Positions 53,652 to 63,457 of a stretch of 64,000 nucleotides of DNA are shown here, in pieces. The stretch lies in sequence record PQ464595.1; one strand, written 5' to 3'. The position numbers and the translations under genes were made by a program. The notes beneath the pieces were generated by a model, which saw nothing but the letters and a program-made list of their open reading frames with translations, had not been told where the DNA came from and ran no database searches. The first letter of the stretch is position 1. The number at the start of each line of letters is the position of its first letter.

Positions 53652-56405
53652 TTACCAGTTAATTGTTCCTGTTTGAGTAGGATTACCAGTACTAACAGGG
53701 AACGCAGAACCAATTTGTGTAGTACTTGGTCTGTATGTGTCTAGTCTAGAAACCTTCTTTATATTTAACGTAGCAACTTTAGTACCATCAGTAACAATTG
53801 TTCCAAGAAACATTTGGGTTTCAGTTTCAGGTAATGTAGTAGTACTTACTACATAAGATGGAGTCCCTAATGCTAATTTTATATAAACATAAAATGTAGT
53901 ATTTCCTGGATTAGCTTGAATTGTGCTTAAATCAATTGCTGTAATTGGAACATCAAAGTACTGTCCACTTATGAATAATGGAGTAACTTCAGTAAAATAC
54001 AAATAGAATCCTTGTGGAACATCTTGTGCTAAAATTACAGTTTCTGTTCCTGTTCCTGCTGCTAAGTTTGAATTATATTCAGCCAATGTGTTACCACATC
54101 GTTTGAAGATAAGTTTTGTTCCTTGATCGGATTTTTCGAACATATAATATCCGAATCCATAATTTGGAATATAGCTATATTCACGAGCACTTGGTGAAAT
54201 ATCAGGAGCATGATAACTATTTGTCATTATTAATGAAGTTAGTGTATTTCCAGATTTAACTCCAGCATATGTGTATTCTCTGGTATCACCCGCTACGCCA
54301 GCATTAATTAAATGTGGTAATGAAACATATGTAAAATCACTATAATTAACAACACATAATCCACCATGTCTACGCATTTCAGAAGTAGCTGTACCATTAA
54401 CCGCAGTATTTAAAAATTCTGAATCGCTGTAATTATTAATTACAGTGTTAAGTGTAGCTGTAAGGACTGAAGCTGTATCTGCCGTACAATTAACTGATGC
54501 TAAAATCATATTACCTCCACCAGAAGAATTAACACTGGTAACACAAGCAACACTTGCGAAGTAAGATGTATTAGGGGAATAATATAACGCAATAGTACTT
54601 GATGATGGGGATAATCCTTGATTTGCCAATATACTATTTTTCAAATTAGTTAGTACTGTATTTGAAATAGATATTGTTTTATCGTACAATAGAGTTGTTG
54701 GATTTAACAAATAACCAGCAGTTAACACATTATTCTCTACAAAAACTGTTCCATAAAATGTCACATTTCCTGAAGCATCACAATAAGATATTCCACCATA
54801 TGTTGAATTTTCAGTAATAGTTGGTAATGGTAAACGAGTTGCTTGCGGAGCATAACCAGTACTTGTTCCAGTTGAAAATGAATTGTATGTATAGGTTCTT
54901 GTGGTTCCAATATCTGAAATACCTTTTGTATATTTTAAATATTTTGTTCCATTATATGTTCCAGTACCACTAAACATCATTCTACTAGAACTAATTGGAA
55001 TTCCACCCATAAGCTGATCACCAACCCTTGAAGCATAATCAGCATATACATCATATTGAACAACACTATTAAATGTTCTTCCTCTGATATTATAAGCATT
55101 TACTTTATTAGTAAAGCTGTTTATTTTTCCTGAATATACTGGATAATAATCACTAAGAATATATTTTTCACGAATATAATATTGTGTTCCATTTTCTGTA
55201 ATATACCATGTTCCATTCAAGCTATCAGAAACTGATGAACCAACACCGAACATATTAGTTGTTGTTATAGCATAGGGGTTATTCCATGTAATAGTACCAG
55301 AACTGCCACCAGTAGCAACTACTGGAGCACCAGTGGTTAAATCTGTCGTAAATGCTTTTGTATTCACATTATAGAACACTCTAAAAGAAGGTCTTGTATC
55401 TACACGTGCTGTTATATTTCTAACGAACGAATTATTATTCATTGAAATAACTAAATTTGTTCCATCAAAAATACATTTTAAAATCCCATACATTGAATAT
55501 GTATAACCAAAACATTGTGACAACGCAGCACTATATCGCAACCATGATTTAGAACCACTTTCAATAGTACTTTGCCAAAGGTCAGCAATTCTAATATATC
55601 CTTGAGAACCTTGAGAATCTCCATATAGAGTATTACCTGTAATTCCTGTAATTTGTTCAACAGTACTTACAGTACCTGCTTGAATTTGAGAAACTGGAAT
55701 TCTATATAATATGAATTGGAATGGATCATTTCCATTATAATATACACCAGTAGGATTATTAATATCATATACTGATGAATACAATGAAACAATATACATA
55801 TATGATCCAACAACAGTTGAATTCATAATATAATACGGAATTAAGTTACGATTAATCGTTGCTGTTTGGTGATTAGCTTTTGCCATAGTTCCATTAGTTA
55901 GTACTAAATGAAGTATGTTATTACCAACTTCTTCATATGTTAGGCATGATTTGGCATCACTATCATGAAATAAAATTTTCTTCCATGAACCTGTATAATA
56001 CGAGTTTATAGTCGTAAATGGTTGCATTGAAGCACTTGGGTTATTGATATAAGTATAGTAATAATTAATAGAACTACCATTCGTTCCTGGGCGAAGATAT
56101 ACTAATGACCCATCATCTTCAAGAAGTACGGGCATAGCTGAGTAATATGACAGTGTACTACCGCCATCGAATGTTCCTGCTACACCAGGGGCGTTATTGT
56201 TTAACGCCCCATATTGTGAAAGAGGAAGTTGTTTTAAAATGTAATCCACATCGGATTTGGACGGTAAAGGTAAATCTACGTGTCCAGTAGTATCAGCCAA
56301 GTAAACAGTACTATTACCTGTTGTTGTTATACTAGTACCGACATTTTTACTTTGTACTGTTATATTTCCGGTGACATTCACATCACCTTTAATGACATAT
56401 GCCAT
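53652..56405 (-). CDS. Tail fibre/spike-like structural protein, paralog 2
   Basis: EDDGSLVYLRPGTNG; LAQDVPQGF...ANPGNTTFY...RPSTTQIGSAFP. Confidence 0.75.
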   Translation of the reverse strand: MAYVIKGDVNVTGNITVQSKNVGTSITTTGNSTVYLADTTGHVDLPLPSKSDVDYILKQLPLSQYGALNNNAPGVAGTFDGGSTLSYYSAMPVLLEDDGSLVYLRPGTNGSSINYYYTYINNPSASMQPFTTINSYYTGSWKKILFHDSDAKSCLTYEEVGNNILHLVLTNGTMAKANHQTATINRNLIPYYIMNSTVVGSYMYIVSLYSSVYDINNPTGVYYNGNDPFQFILYRIPVSQIQAGTVSTVEQITGITGNTLYGDSQGSQGYIRIADLWQSTIESGSKSWLRYSAALSQCFGYTYSMYGILKCIFDGTNLVISMNNNSFVRNITARVDTRPSFRVFYNVNTKAFTTDLTTGAPVVATGGSSGTITWNNPYAITTTNMFGVGSSVSDSLNGTWYITENGTQYYIREKYILSDYYPVYSGKINSFTNKVNAYNIRGRTFNSVVQYDVYADYASRVGDQLMGGIPISSSRMMFSGTGTYNGTKYLKYTKGISDIGTTRTYTYNSFSTGTSTGYAPQATRLPLPTITENSTYGGISYCDASGNVTFYGTVFVENNVLTAGYLLNPTTLLYDKTISISNTVLTNLKNSILANQGLSPSSSTIALYYSPNTSYFASVACVTSVNSSGGGNMILASVNCTADTASVLTATLNTVINNYSDSEFLNTAVNGTATSEMRRHGGLCVVNYSDFTYVSLPHLINAGVAGDTREYTYAGVKSGNTLTSLIMTNSYHAPDISPSAREYSYIPNYGFGYYMFEKSDQGTKLIFKRCGNTLAEYNSNLAAGTGTETVILAQDVPQGFYLYFTEVTPLFISGQYFDVPITAIDLSTIQANPGNTTFYVYIKLALGTPSYVVSTTTLPETETQMFLGTIVTDGTKVATLNIKKVSRLDTYRPSTTQIGSAFPVSTGNPTQTGTINW

Positions 56406-56417
56406 ATGTAAATCCTT

Positions 56418-59111
56418 TTACCAGTTGATTGTTCCTGAATCAGTAGGTAGACCATAACTCACAGGGATTGAAGAACCCGCAGCTTCTAGTGAAGTGCCAA
56501 ACACATCTAAACGACTGCGTTTAAAAATGTTAATTGTTTCAATTTGTAGAGCATTGGTTGTTACTGTACCAATCCAGAATGTGTTATATGCGGTTGTTCC
56601 TGATTCAGCAATTACCGTTTCCGTTGCAATATATTTTGCTAATCCTTCTTGCATTACTGCGTATATGTAAAAAGTACTATTAGCTGGGTTGGCTTTCACT
56701 GTTGACAGATCAATATTTTGTACTGGCAATGTGAACGATTTACCACTGAGTAGTAACGATGTTGGTTCTGTAAAGTAAATTATAAACCCTTGAGCAACAT
56801 CCTGTGATGCTAATAGAATTGGAGAACCTACATCAGTCCACGCATTATATTGTGCTAGAGTAGTACCACATGAACGGAATATTAATCTAACAGCATCGTC
56901 AGCCCATGAAGCAACATAATCAATATATCCAAAACCAATTCCTGGAGCGGCGAACGGCATTGAACCAACATTAGGAACATGGTTCTGATAGGTACTAGTC
57001 GGAATGAAACTATCCATTTGACCAGTACTTTTTGTTACTTTAGCTCTGAAAGTAATAGCATTACTATCACCAGTAGTTTTATAAATGTATGGATCAGCAC
57101 CACCAATGAAGTAGAATGTTCCTGCATCATAAATTGTCAATCCAGTGCTTGCTTGAGATACACCATAGGTTGCCGGTTGAGCAATTGAATCAAATTGACC
57201 AGAATCTTCATAAACAAGTCTCTTTAACGTTAATGATGTAATAGCTCCAGTTCTTGTATTAACATTCACTTCCACCACTTTAACATAACTTGTTTGTGTT
57301 GTGGTAACTGCTGTAATTAGAGCAAATGCTGGACAATCAGTTTGTTGTGGAACATACAGAGTAATATTACTTACATTTGATGAATCCAAAGTAATTGTAC
57401 TAGATGCTAATTGTGAATTTTTAAATGATGTTAAAAGCGAATTAGCAATACTCATTGAGCCAGTACTATTCATATCACCATCATATGTTACACCAGATGA
57501 AATTTTATTATTCTCAATGAACATACCACCATTTGTTGTAACTGTACTTCCATTAATAGTACTAATGAAGAAACGATGATCATTATCGTATGTAGTTCTG
57601 TAACGATTAACTGTTGGTTGATAACCTTGAATTGTTCCAAATGATACTGAATCAAAAGTATATGTAGCACCTGGAACATATTGGTTAACTGAGTTAACCC
57701 ATGAGCCGATCTGAGAATTTACTCTATATCTATTATTAGGCAACCACTCCATGCTCATTAAATTAGAACCAACTGGTGAACCATATTGATAGTTCATATT
57801 TGATTGAGTATAATTTATGCTTGTTGGATAGCTACGAACCTGTAAAGTATCATATACTGATGTTGCATTTGGATAATTACCACGACTTATTAACGTGTTA
57901 CCTTGGTTTGGAGAAGCGATAGCTATTGTTGTACCATTATCAAAATAATAATATCCCATTACATAGTTTGAACGTTGGGTATTAATAGTTGGAATTGGAT
58001 CAGTAGAATAAGTTGAACCAGATACATTAAGTACTGTCCCACTACCTGGATCTGTAATTGTCAATGGAGCAATATTGCCAGCTTCAAGAGTCGCAGTCTT
58101 AGTTGTCATATTCAATAAGAAACTAAATGTATGTTTAGGACGTGCATTTCTAAGTGCTGTTGTACACCAAGCATCACCAACAACTCTAAGTCTAATTGTT
58201 CCAGCACTATTTTGAGCAGCGTATATATCAACACCTGTCATAAACAAACCTGCACCGGTCGTAGCTGCTGGAATTAACATATAAGGATTAGCAGCAGCAC
58301 TAGTACTTTGAAGTAATGGTATAATTGTTAATTCAGTACTATTAGTAACTGTACCATAAAAGCCTGTAGTACTCCAAGTAGCATAATTCGTAATAGTATA
58401 TGAACCACCTGCTTGTACTTGAGAAATAGGAATTGACCTAATTTCAAATGATAAATTAGAACCAGTACTGACTTCTGTAAAGAAGTAAATGTTGGTATTA
58501 CCAGTCATCACAAAACGCACTGTACCACTCGGCACAATTGTTGCTAGTGGGATTAGAATACCAGTATGTTGTGTATCATTTAATGTACCATTCATCCATG
58601 ATACAAATACATATGGATCATTGGATGTATTAAATGCCACACCAGAAGTCACTCTGTTGTCTGTAGCATACAAATACTTTGCTGTATAAGTTGATCCGAA
58701 ATAACCTGGTTTGTATTCTTTATTTGTATTAATTGATGTTGATAATGTTGTAGTACTTAAAATGTTATTCAAATATGAATAGTAAACACCACGTTTAGCA
58801 CCATTTGTGCCCGGACGTAGAATCATTAATGTTCCATCATCTTCGACGAATAGTTTACGGTATCTGTAGCTTATTACATCACTCGCACCTTCATAAGAAC
58901 CGTAAACTCCAGCAGGAATGTAGTTAAAGGAACCATAGTGAGATAGTGGTAATACACTAACTATTTTGTTGAATTCATCTTGGGTGTAAGAATCGATCTC
59001 TAGACTTCCTGAAGTACTAAAGTTTGCTCCCTCAACTGAACGTGTTAAGTTTCTTCCTTGAGAAGAAGCATATCTTCCAACCTGTAAATTTCCTAGAATT
59101 TTTTTAGCCAT
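56418..59111 (-). CDS. Tail fibre/spike-like structural protein, paralog 1
   Basis: EDDGTLMILRPGTNG; ASQDVAQGF...ANPANSTFY...GSSIP; late promoter upstream. Confidence 0.75.
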   Translation of the reverse strand: MAKKILGNLQVGRYASSQGRNLTRSVEGANFSTSGSLEIDSYTQDEFNKIVSVLPLSHYGSFNYIPAGVYGSYEGASDVISYRYRKLFVEDDGTLMILRPGTNGAKRGVYYSYLNNILSTTTLSTSINTNKEYKPGYFGSTYTAKYLYATDNRVTSGVAFNTSNDPYVFVSWMNGTLNDTQHTGILIPLATIVPSGTVRFVMTGNTNIYFFTEVSTGSNLSFEIRSIPISQVQAGGSYTITNYATWSTTGFYGTVTNSTELTIIPLLQSTSAAANPYMLIPAATTGAGLFMTGVDIYAAQNSAGTIRLRVVGDAWCTTALRNARPKHTFSFLLNMTTKTATLEAGNIAPLTITDPGSGTVLNVSGSTYSTDPIPTINTQRSNYVMGYYYFDNGTTIAIASPNQGNTLISRGNYPNATSVYDTLQVRSYPTSINYTQSNMNYQYGSPVGSNLMSMEWLPNNRYRVNSQIGSWVNSVNQYVPGATYTFDSVSFGTIQGYQPTVNRYRTTYDNDHRFFISTINGSTVTTNGGMFIENNKISSGVTYDGDMNSTGSMSIANSLLTSFKNSQLASSTITLDSSNVSNITLYVPQQTDCPAFALITAVTTTQTSYVKVVEVNVNTRTGAITSLTLKRLVYEDSGQFDSIAQPATYGVSQASTGLTIYDAGTFYFIGGADPYIYKTTGDSNAITFRAKVTKSTGQMDSFIPTSTYQNHVPNVGSMPFAAPGIGFGYIDYVASWADDAVRLIFRSCGTTLAQYNAWTDVGSPILLASQDVAQGFIIYFTEPTSLLLSGKSFTLPVQNIDLSTVKANPANSTFYIYAVMQEGLAKYIATETVIAESGTTAYNTFWIGTVTTNALQIETINIFKRSRLDVFGTSLEAAGSSIPVSYGLPTDSGTINW

Positions 59112-59144
59112 ATATATCCCTATAGTTTAAGATATTCATTGTTG

Positions 59145-59152
59145 TATTTATG
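59145..59152 (-). promoter_or_regulatory. Late promoter (CATAAATA)
   Basis: TAAATA core 34 nt upstream of ATG 59111. Confidence 0.65.
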
Positions 59153-59164
59153 CAGGGTACAAAC

Positions 59165-59187
59165 AAAAAAAGCACCCATTGGGTGCT
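59165..59187 (-). terminator. Intrinsic terminator
   Basis: AGCACCC-AAT-GGGTGCT-TTTTTT. Confidence 0.8.
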
Positions 59188-59360
59188 TATTCTTCATCAG
59201 GATCATAGTCTGGTGGTGTGTATGTTACCGTAACAGTGAATGTACCGTGAGCATCACCAAACGCATCAGTAACAACATCATCATTGTCTAAGAAATCAAT
59301 TGGATCAATAGACTCAACCGAATTACCTTGAAATGTTTTGTCGTATATAACTTTACTCAT
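59187..59360 (-). CDS. 57-aa acidic protein, absent from the ORF track
   Basis: MSKVIYDKTFQGNSVESIDPIDFLDNDDVVTDAFGDAHGTFTVTVTYTPPDYDPDEE; overlaps the nrdG stop, AAGGA RBS. Confidence 0.6.
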   Translation of the reverse strand: MSKVIYDKTFQGNSVESIDPIDFLDNDDVVTDAFGDAHGTFTVTVTYTPPDYDPDEE

Positions 59361-59826
59361 AATCTTTTCCTTTTATCAGTACTCTCTGATTTTCAGAACC
59401 TCTAAATGGAAGTTGTAGGTTTTTAAGTTCTTCAACAAATTTCCCATCAACTAACACATCAACATAATTAAGAATATCATGAGCATGATTTTGTAGCACT
59501 TCTTCTAGTGTATAACCAGTCCAGCACCATATATTTTTTGTAGGAAACTCGTCTTTTACTACTTTACACAACTCAAGAACAGTACTGATATTTTTAGGCA
59601 TCAGAGCATCACCACCAAGTAGAGTTAATCCTTCTACATAAGGTTTAGATAATTCTTCTCTTATTGTATTAATTTGTTCTTCCCCAAATGGTGTTCCAGA
59701 TCGGTAATCCCAAGCTGATTCATTGAAACAGCCAGGACAGCCGTGACTACAACCTGATACATATAAACTTACACGAACACCAGTGCCGTTTATTAGGTCA
59801 TCTTTTACTATTGTTTGATAGTTCAT
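59353..59826 (-). CDS. nrdG: Anaerobic RNR activating radical-SAM enzyme
   Basis: NGTGVRVSLYVSGCSHGCPGCFN, GLTLLGGD, VLVDGKF, FRGSENQR. Confidence 0.96.
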   Translation of the reverse strand: MNYQTIVKDDLINGTGVRVSLYVSGCSHGCPGCFNESAWDYRSGTPFGEEQINTIREELSKPYVEGLTLLGGDALMPKNISTVLELCKVVKDEFPTKNIWCWTGYTLEEVLQNHAHDILNYVDVLVDGKFVEELKNLQLPFRGSENQRVLIKGKDYE

Positions 59827-60275
59827 TAGTAGTTACTCATTAGAAATTCGTGAGTATCATAAATTTCATCAAAATACGTGATACCTTCTAAAAACTCAAT
59901 AGCATGTTCACGATCTTTGAACCGCATAATTTTGTCACCATCATCACAACCAACAAAAATAACAACATATTTGTTATCATTGAAATTTTGAATATAGTCA
60001 TCGCGATAGATTTCATGCCGTAATACATCTACTTCTCGTGATTTTGGTGACAATGATTCACGCATAAAGAAATCTTCTTCAGCAGTTGTCCATTCATCAC
60101 TAACTTGGTACTGGTAGCATGGAACAACTCGGCGATGTTCTGCTTCAGGGTGCAGGTTCTCACACGAATAGTAACTGATAGCATTAAAATCTTCATCAAA
60201 AACTGGCAGGTATCCTAGAAGTTCAGAATCATTAAATCGTAAACCCCATATTGTATTAACTTTTTCATGTATCAT
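59826..60275 (-). CDS. Hypothetical protein
   Basis: 149 aa, TAATG-coupled to nrdG. Confidence 0.6.
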   Translation of the reverse strand: MIHEKVNTIWGLRFNDSELLGYLPVFDEDFNAISYYSCENLHPEAEHRRVVPCYQYQVSDEWTTAEEDFFMRESLSPKSREVDVLRHEIYRDDYIQNFNDNKYVVIFVGCDDGDKIMRFKDREHAIEFLEGITYFDEIYDTHEFLMSNY

Positions 60276-60790
60276 AACTTATCCTTAGAGAATATAGGAA
60301 TGTAATTATTGATTTTAGTACTGAATATTAGAGCATCACGAGTACTTCCACTAAAATTACTATCATCAATGATAATAGAATTTTGCTTCACTACAGTCCT
60401 TGTAAAAAGATGCTCTATATATTTTGTTCGTTGGGTTGCTTTAAGCATATTGATCTTAAAGGTATCCCCCATTTCTTCCATACGTTCTAAATGACTACGT
60501 AATTCAGCCTTTTGAAGACCAAGCGTAGGAGATAAGTCTTTAAAGTACTGAATATTATTTTTCTTCGCAATACGAATATCTTTTCCTAAGTTCTTCACAA
60601 CTTTAAAAATAAAATCAGAAGAACTTTCAGGAATAATAATAGTACTTCTCGTCTTGACATATGGCTCAAGAGCACAACTTATTGTATGAATCATTATATT
60701 ACGATTATCACCCAAGGTGTAACCATGTTTCTCTTTAAGAGCAAAATACAGAAGCATGTTTTCGCGTTTTGTCAAGTCGAGTGGAATCAT
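60272..60790 (-). CDS. Hypothetical protein
   Basis: 172 aa, ATGA overlap. Confidence 0.6.
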   Translation of the reverse strand: MIPLDLTKRENMLLYFALKEKHGYTLGDNRNIMIHTISCALEPYVKTRSTIIIPESSSDFIFKVVKNLGKDIRIAKKNNIQYFKDLSPTLGLQKAELRSHLERMEEMGDTFKINMLKATQRTKYIEHLFTRTVVKQNSIIIDDSNFSGSTRDALIFSTKINNYIPIFSKDKL

Positions 60791-60791
60791 A

Positions 60792-61421
60792 TTAAGTATT
60801 CATTATGTTAAAGATAACGCCATTACCTGCGTAGAATGGCTTAATTTTTCCAGCAATATCATCTAAAGCATAGAAAACAGGATAATTATCACCGTTGATG
60901 ATAACAAAGTAGTTACCAAATGACAAATCATGAACATGATTCAGAGTTGTTACCTGATCTACATCGTGTGAGCACTTTGTAAAGACAAATTCATCATCAC
61001 CCATATAGGAAGTGAATTCGTCGATATTTCCTTTACGAACTGGCTTAGACGCAATGTACAGGATTTTATCTCCAGCGTGGTCTTTAGTTACAATCTTCGG
61101 TTTAATCTGAGTAAACTTACTAACCACCAACTCGATATGATCACCAGTGTGGTTATAAGTATAATCAGAAACATGTTCCATGTAATAATCTAGTAATTCA
61201 TATAAACCATTCTTAGCTTCTAACAAAAGGTTAATCTGAGATACAGATTCCCTTGCTTTTTCTAAGAAGTATGAACCATCTTCAATTTTATCAAATGTTG
61301 CCAGAATGTCTGGAATATCACCACGAATACTGGCTACAGTAATCTTACCTTCACCTAGACCCGTAATTAATTTTGATAATACATCTACTACTTTCTGTTT
61401 ACTTTGAGATAAATCTTCCAT
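60792..61421 (-). CDS. Hypothetical protein
   Basis: Start moved to ATG 61421, just after the nrdD stop. Confidence 0.6.
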   Translation of the reverse strand: MEDLSQSKQKVVDVLSKLITGLGEGKITVASIRGDIPDILATFDKIEDGSYFLEKARESVSQINLLLEAKNGLYELLDYYMEHVSDYTYNHTGDHIELVVSKFTQIKPKIVTKDHAGDKILYIASKPVRKGNIDEFTSYMGDDEFVFTKCSHDVDQVTTLNHVHDLSFGNYFVIINGDNYPVFYALDDIAGKIKPFYAGNGVIFNIMNT

Positions 61422-61422
61422 T

Positions 61423-63228
61423 TTAGCTTCCGTGTTTGATTCTTTGTATAACTTCTTGTTGTTTACCAGTATTGAAAGGTCTACTATTCGGAGCACTAAG
61501 ATAACCAGATACTCTACGAATAACTGACATAGTACCTTCTTCTCGGTTATCACATTGTGGACAATGGAAACCAACTTTATCTACCGAAAATTCACCTTCA
61601 AATTCACACTTATAACACTTATCGACTGGTTGGTTAATTCCAAAATATGGAATACGCTCATACGCATAATCGATCAGTACTTCTAAGGCTTTTAAATTGT
61701 TAGAAAGATTCGGAGTCTCAACATAACTGATGTTTCCACCATTGCTCAAGTACGCAAAACTTTCTTCATAATCAAACTTCCTGAAAGGAGATGATTCAAT
61801 CCATACTGGTTGGTGGAATGAATTTGTTATGAAATCTCTTTTTAGTACATTTGGATATTTTTCTTCTATTGCTTTCGCAAATTTATAACATAAGCTCTCT
61901 GCTGGTGTACCATATAAACTAAATGCGATAGTACTTTCATCTTTGAACTGTTCACATTTGTATTTCATATAGTGCAAGATGGATTTACAATAATCCTTAC
62001 TTAACTGTTGTAGCATAATTTCAGAACATTCAGCTAGTCCAACATATCCAATACTGATACTCGCATATCCATCATAGAATAACTGGTCAATTGTATCATC
62101 AGCATTTAAACGAGCAATAGCACCTTCCATAAACATAGTAGGGTTCTGTCGAGCTTTCATTGTTTTCAATCGTTCTACACGATTCATTTGTGCTCGATAA
62201 GCCATTGTCATGTGATAATCCAATTTACCGAAGAATTCACCATCGGATTTAGATTCAAGAGCAAGTAATGGAAGATTAATAGACACTACGCCTAAGTTAA
62301 ATCTACCATCATATTGTTCAGTACCGTTATGTTCCCATTTACCAAGGAATGAACGACAACCCATAGGCGATACAGCCATAGAAGTACTGCCAGTTACTTT
62401 CTTATTCAATGGTACTGATACGAAGTCTGGATAAATGCGTTTAGCACTGGTTTTCATCGCTTGCTGTTTAAGGTCATAATTAGGATCAGACTCTTTCATA
62501 TTCACCCCATCTTCTAGGAAGAAGACAACTTTAGGAAATACTGGAGTACTGCCATCTACACCTAAACCTTTCTCATGTACTTTTAAGTACGAATCGGTAA
62601 TCATCTTACCGAATTTAGAGGTGTTTAGACCCATTGTAATCGTAACAAAGGGGGTTTGACCGTTACTGCTTGTGATGGTATTAACCTGGTACAGAAGTGC
62701 TTGCATAGCGTCGTACACCTCTTTCTGGAGTGTCTTCTGTACGTATTCATCCGGTAGACCGAATTCTTTTTGTTGCTCTAGGAGCTTGTTATAGGACTTC
62801 TGAACGTATGGTTCTAGACCGAAGTCAATATGTGCTAGTGTTTGACCACCGTATTGACTTGCTGAAACTGCTAGTACTATTTGTGTCAGTACTGTACTTG
62901 CTACCCCAATACTATTAGGTGTACCAACTTGTGCGTTTCCAATCTTGAAACCGTTCTCCAACATGTCTCTGTAATTAACTAAACAACAGTTAGTCAAAGG
63001 GCTTATGAAGTAATCAAGATCATGTATATGTCCATATCCGTTCTTGTGCCAAAGCATAAGTTCTTCTGAGATTTCATCCTCAGCGAAATGCTTAGATAAA
63101 ATACCTGCTAGTAAGTCACGATGCGTGTTTACAATCTTCGCATCCTTATTAGCATTCTCATTCATTATATCTTTATTACTTTGGTTTATTAGTGCGGATA
63201 CATCATTATACAGTCTGTCGTTATTCAT
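61423..63228 (-). CDS. nrdD: Anaerobic (class III) ribonucleotide reductase, no ATP-cone
   Basis: NENANKD, HIHDLD, TNCC, NGQTPF, MGCRS, NLGVVSINL, TPAESL, YITNS-like FITNS, CYKC...CPQC, RRVSGYL glycyl-radical site. Confidence 0.97.
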   Translation of the reverse strand: MNNDRLYNDVSALINQSNKDIMNENANKDAKIVNTHRDLLAGILSKHFAEDEISEELMLWHKNGYGHIHDLDYFISPLTNCCLVNYRDMLENGFKIGNAQVGTPNSIGVASTVLTQIVLAVSASQYGGQTLAHIDFGLEPYVQKSYNKLLEQQKEFGLPDEYVQKTLQKEVYDAMQALLYQVNTITSSNGQTPFVTITMGLNTSKFGKMITDSYLKVHEKGLGVDGSTPVFPKVVFFLEDGVNMKESDPNYDLKQQAMKTSAKRIYPDFVSVPLNKKVTGSTSMAVSPMGCRSFLGKWEHNGTEQYDGRFNLGVVSINLPLLALESKSDGEFFGKLDYHMTMAYRAQMNRVERLKTMKARQNPTMFMEGAIARLNADDTIDQLFYDGYASISIGYVGLAECSEIMLQQLSKDYCKSILHYMKYKCEQFKDESTIAFSLYGTPAESLCYKFAKAIEEKYPNVLKRDFITNSFHQPVWIESSPFRKFDYEESFAYLSNGGNISYVETPNLSNNLKALEVLIDYAYERIPYFGINQPVDKCYKCEFEGEFSVDKVGFHCPQCDNREEGTMSVIRRVSGYLSAPNSRPFNTGKQQEVIQRIKHGS

Positions 63229-63279
63229 TAGACACTCCTTGTCAAATTGTTAGGTAGTTTATTTAAACCACTTAAAAAT

Positions 63280-63306
63280 AAAATACCCCATACTAAGGGG
63301 TATTTT
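63280..63306 (-). terminator. Intrinsic terminator
   Basis: AAAATACCCC...GGGGTATTTT plus T-tract. Confidence 0.7.
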
Positions 63307-63338
63307 CTTTGATCTAGATCAATGTTTTAGCACTTTGG

Positions 63339-63455
63339 TTAACGTTTGTTCAGGAAGCTACAGAAGTCCAAAATAACAAATATTACTAAAGCTCCAATGG
63401 AACTTAAGGCAATAACATAGAACCAAAACATAATCATTAAGAAAGTATAAAGCAT
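63339..63455 (-). CDS. 38-aa membrane protein, absent from the ORF track
   Basis: MLYTFLMIMFWFYVIALSSIGALVIFVILDFCSFLNKR. Confidence 0.55.
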   Translation of the reverse strand: MLYTFLMIMFWFYVIALSSIGALVIFVILDFCSFLNKR

Positions 63456-63457
63456 TT

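Noticed and set aside
61423-63228. Intron or intein in nrdD (or thyA)
   Set aside because: Both ORFs are continuous and of normal length, with no splice or intein motifs.
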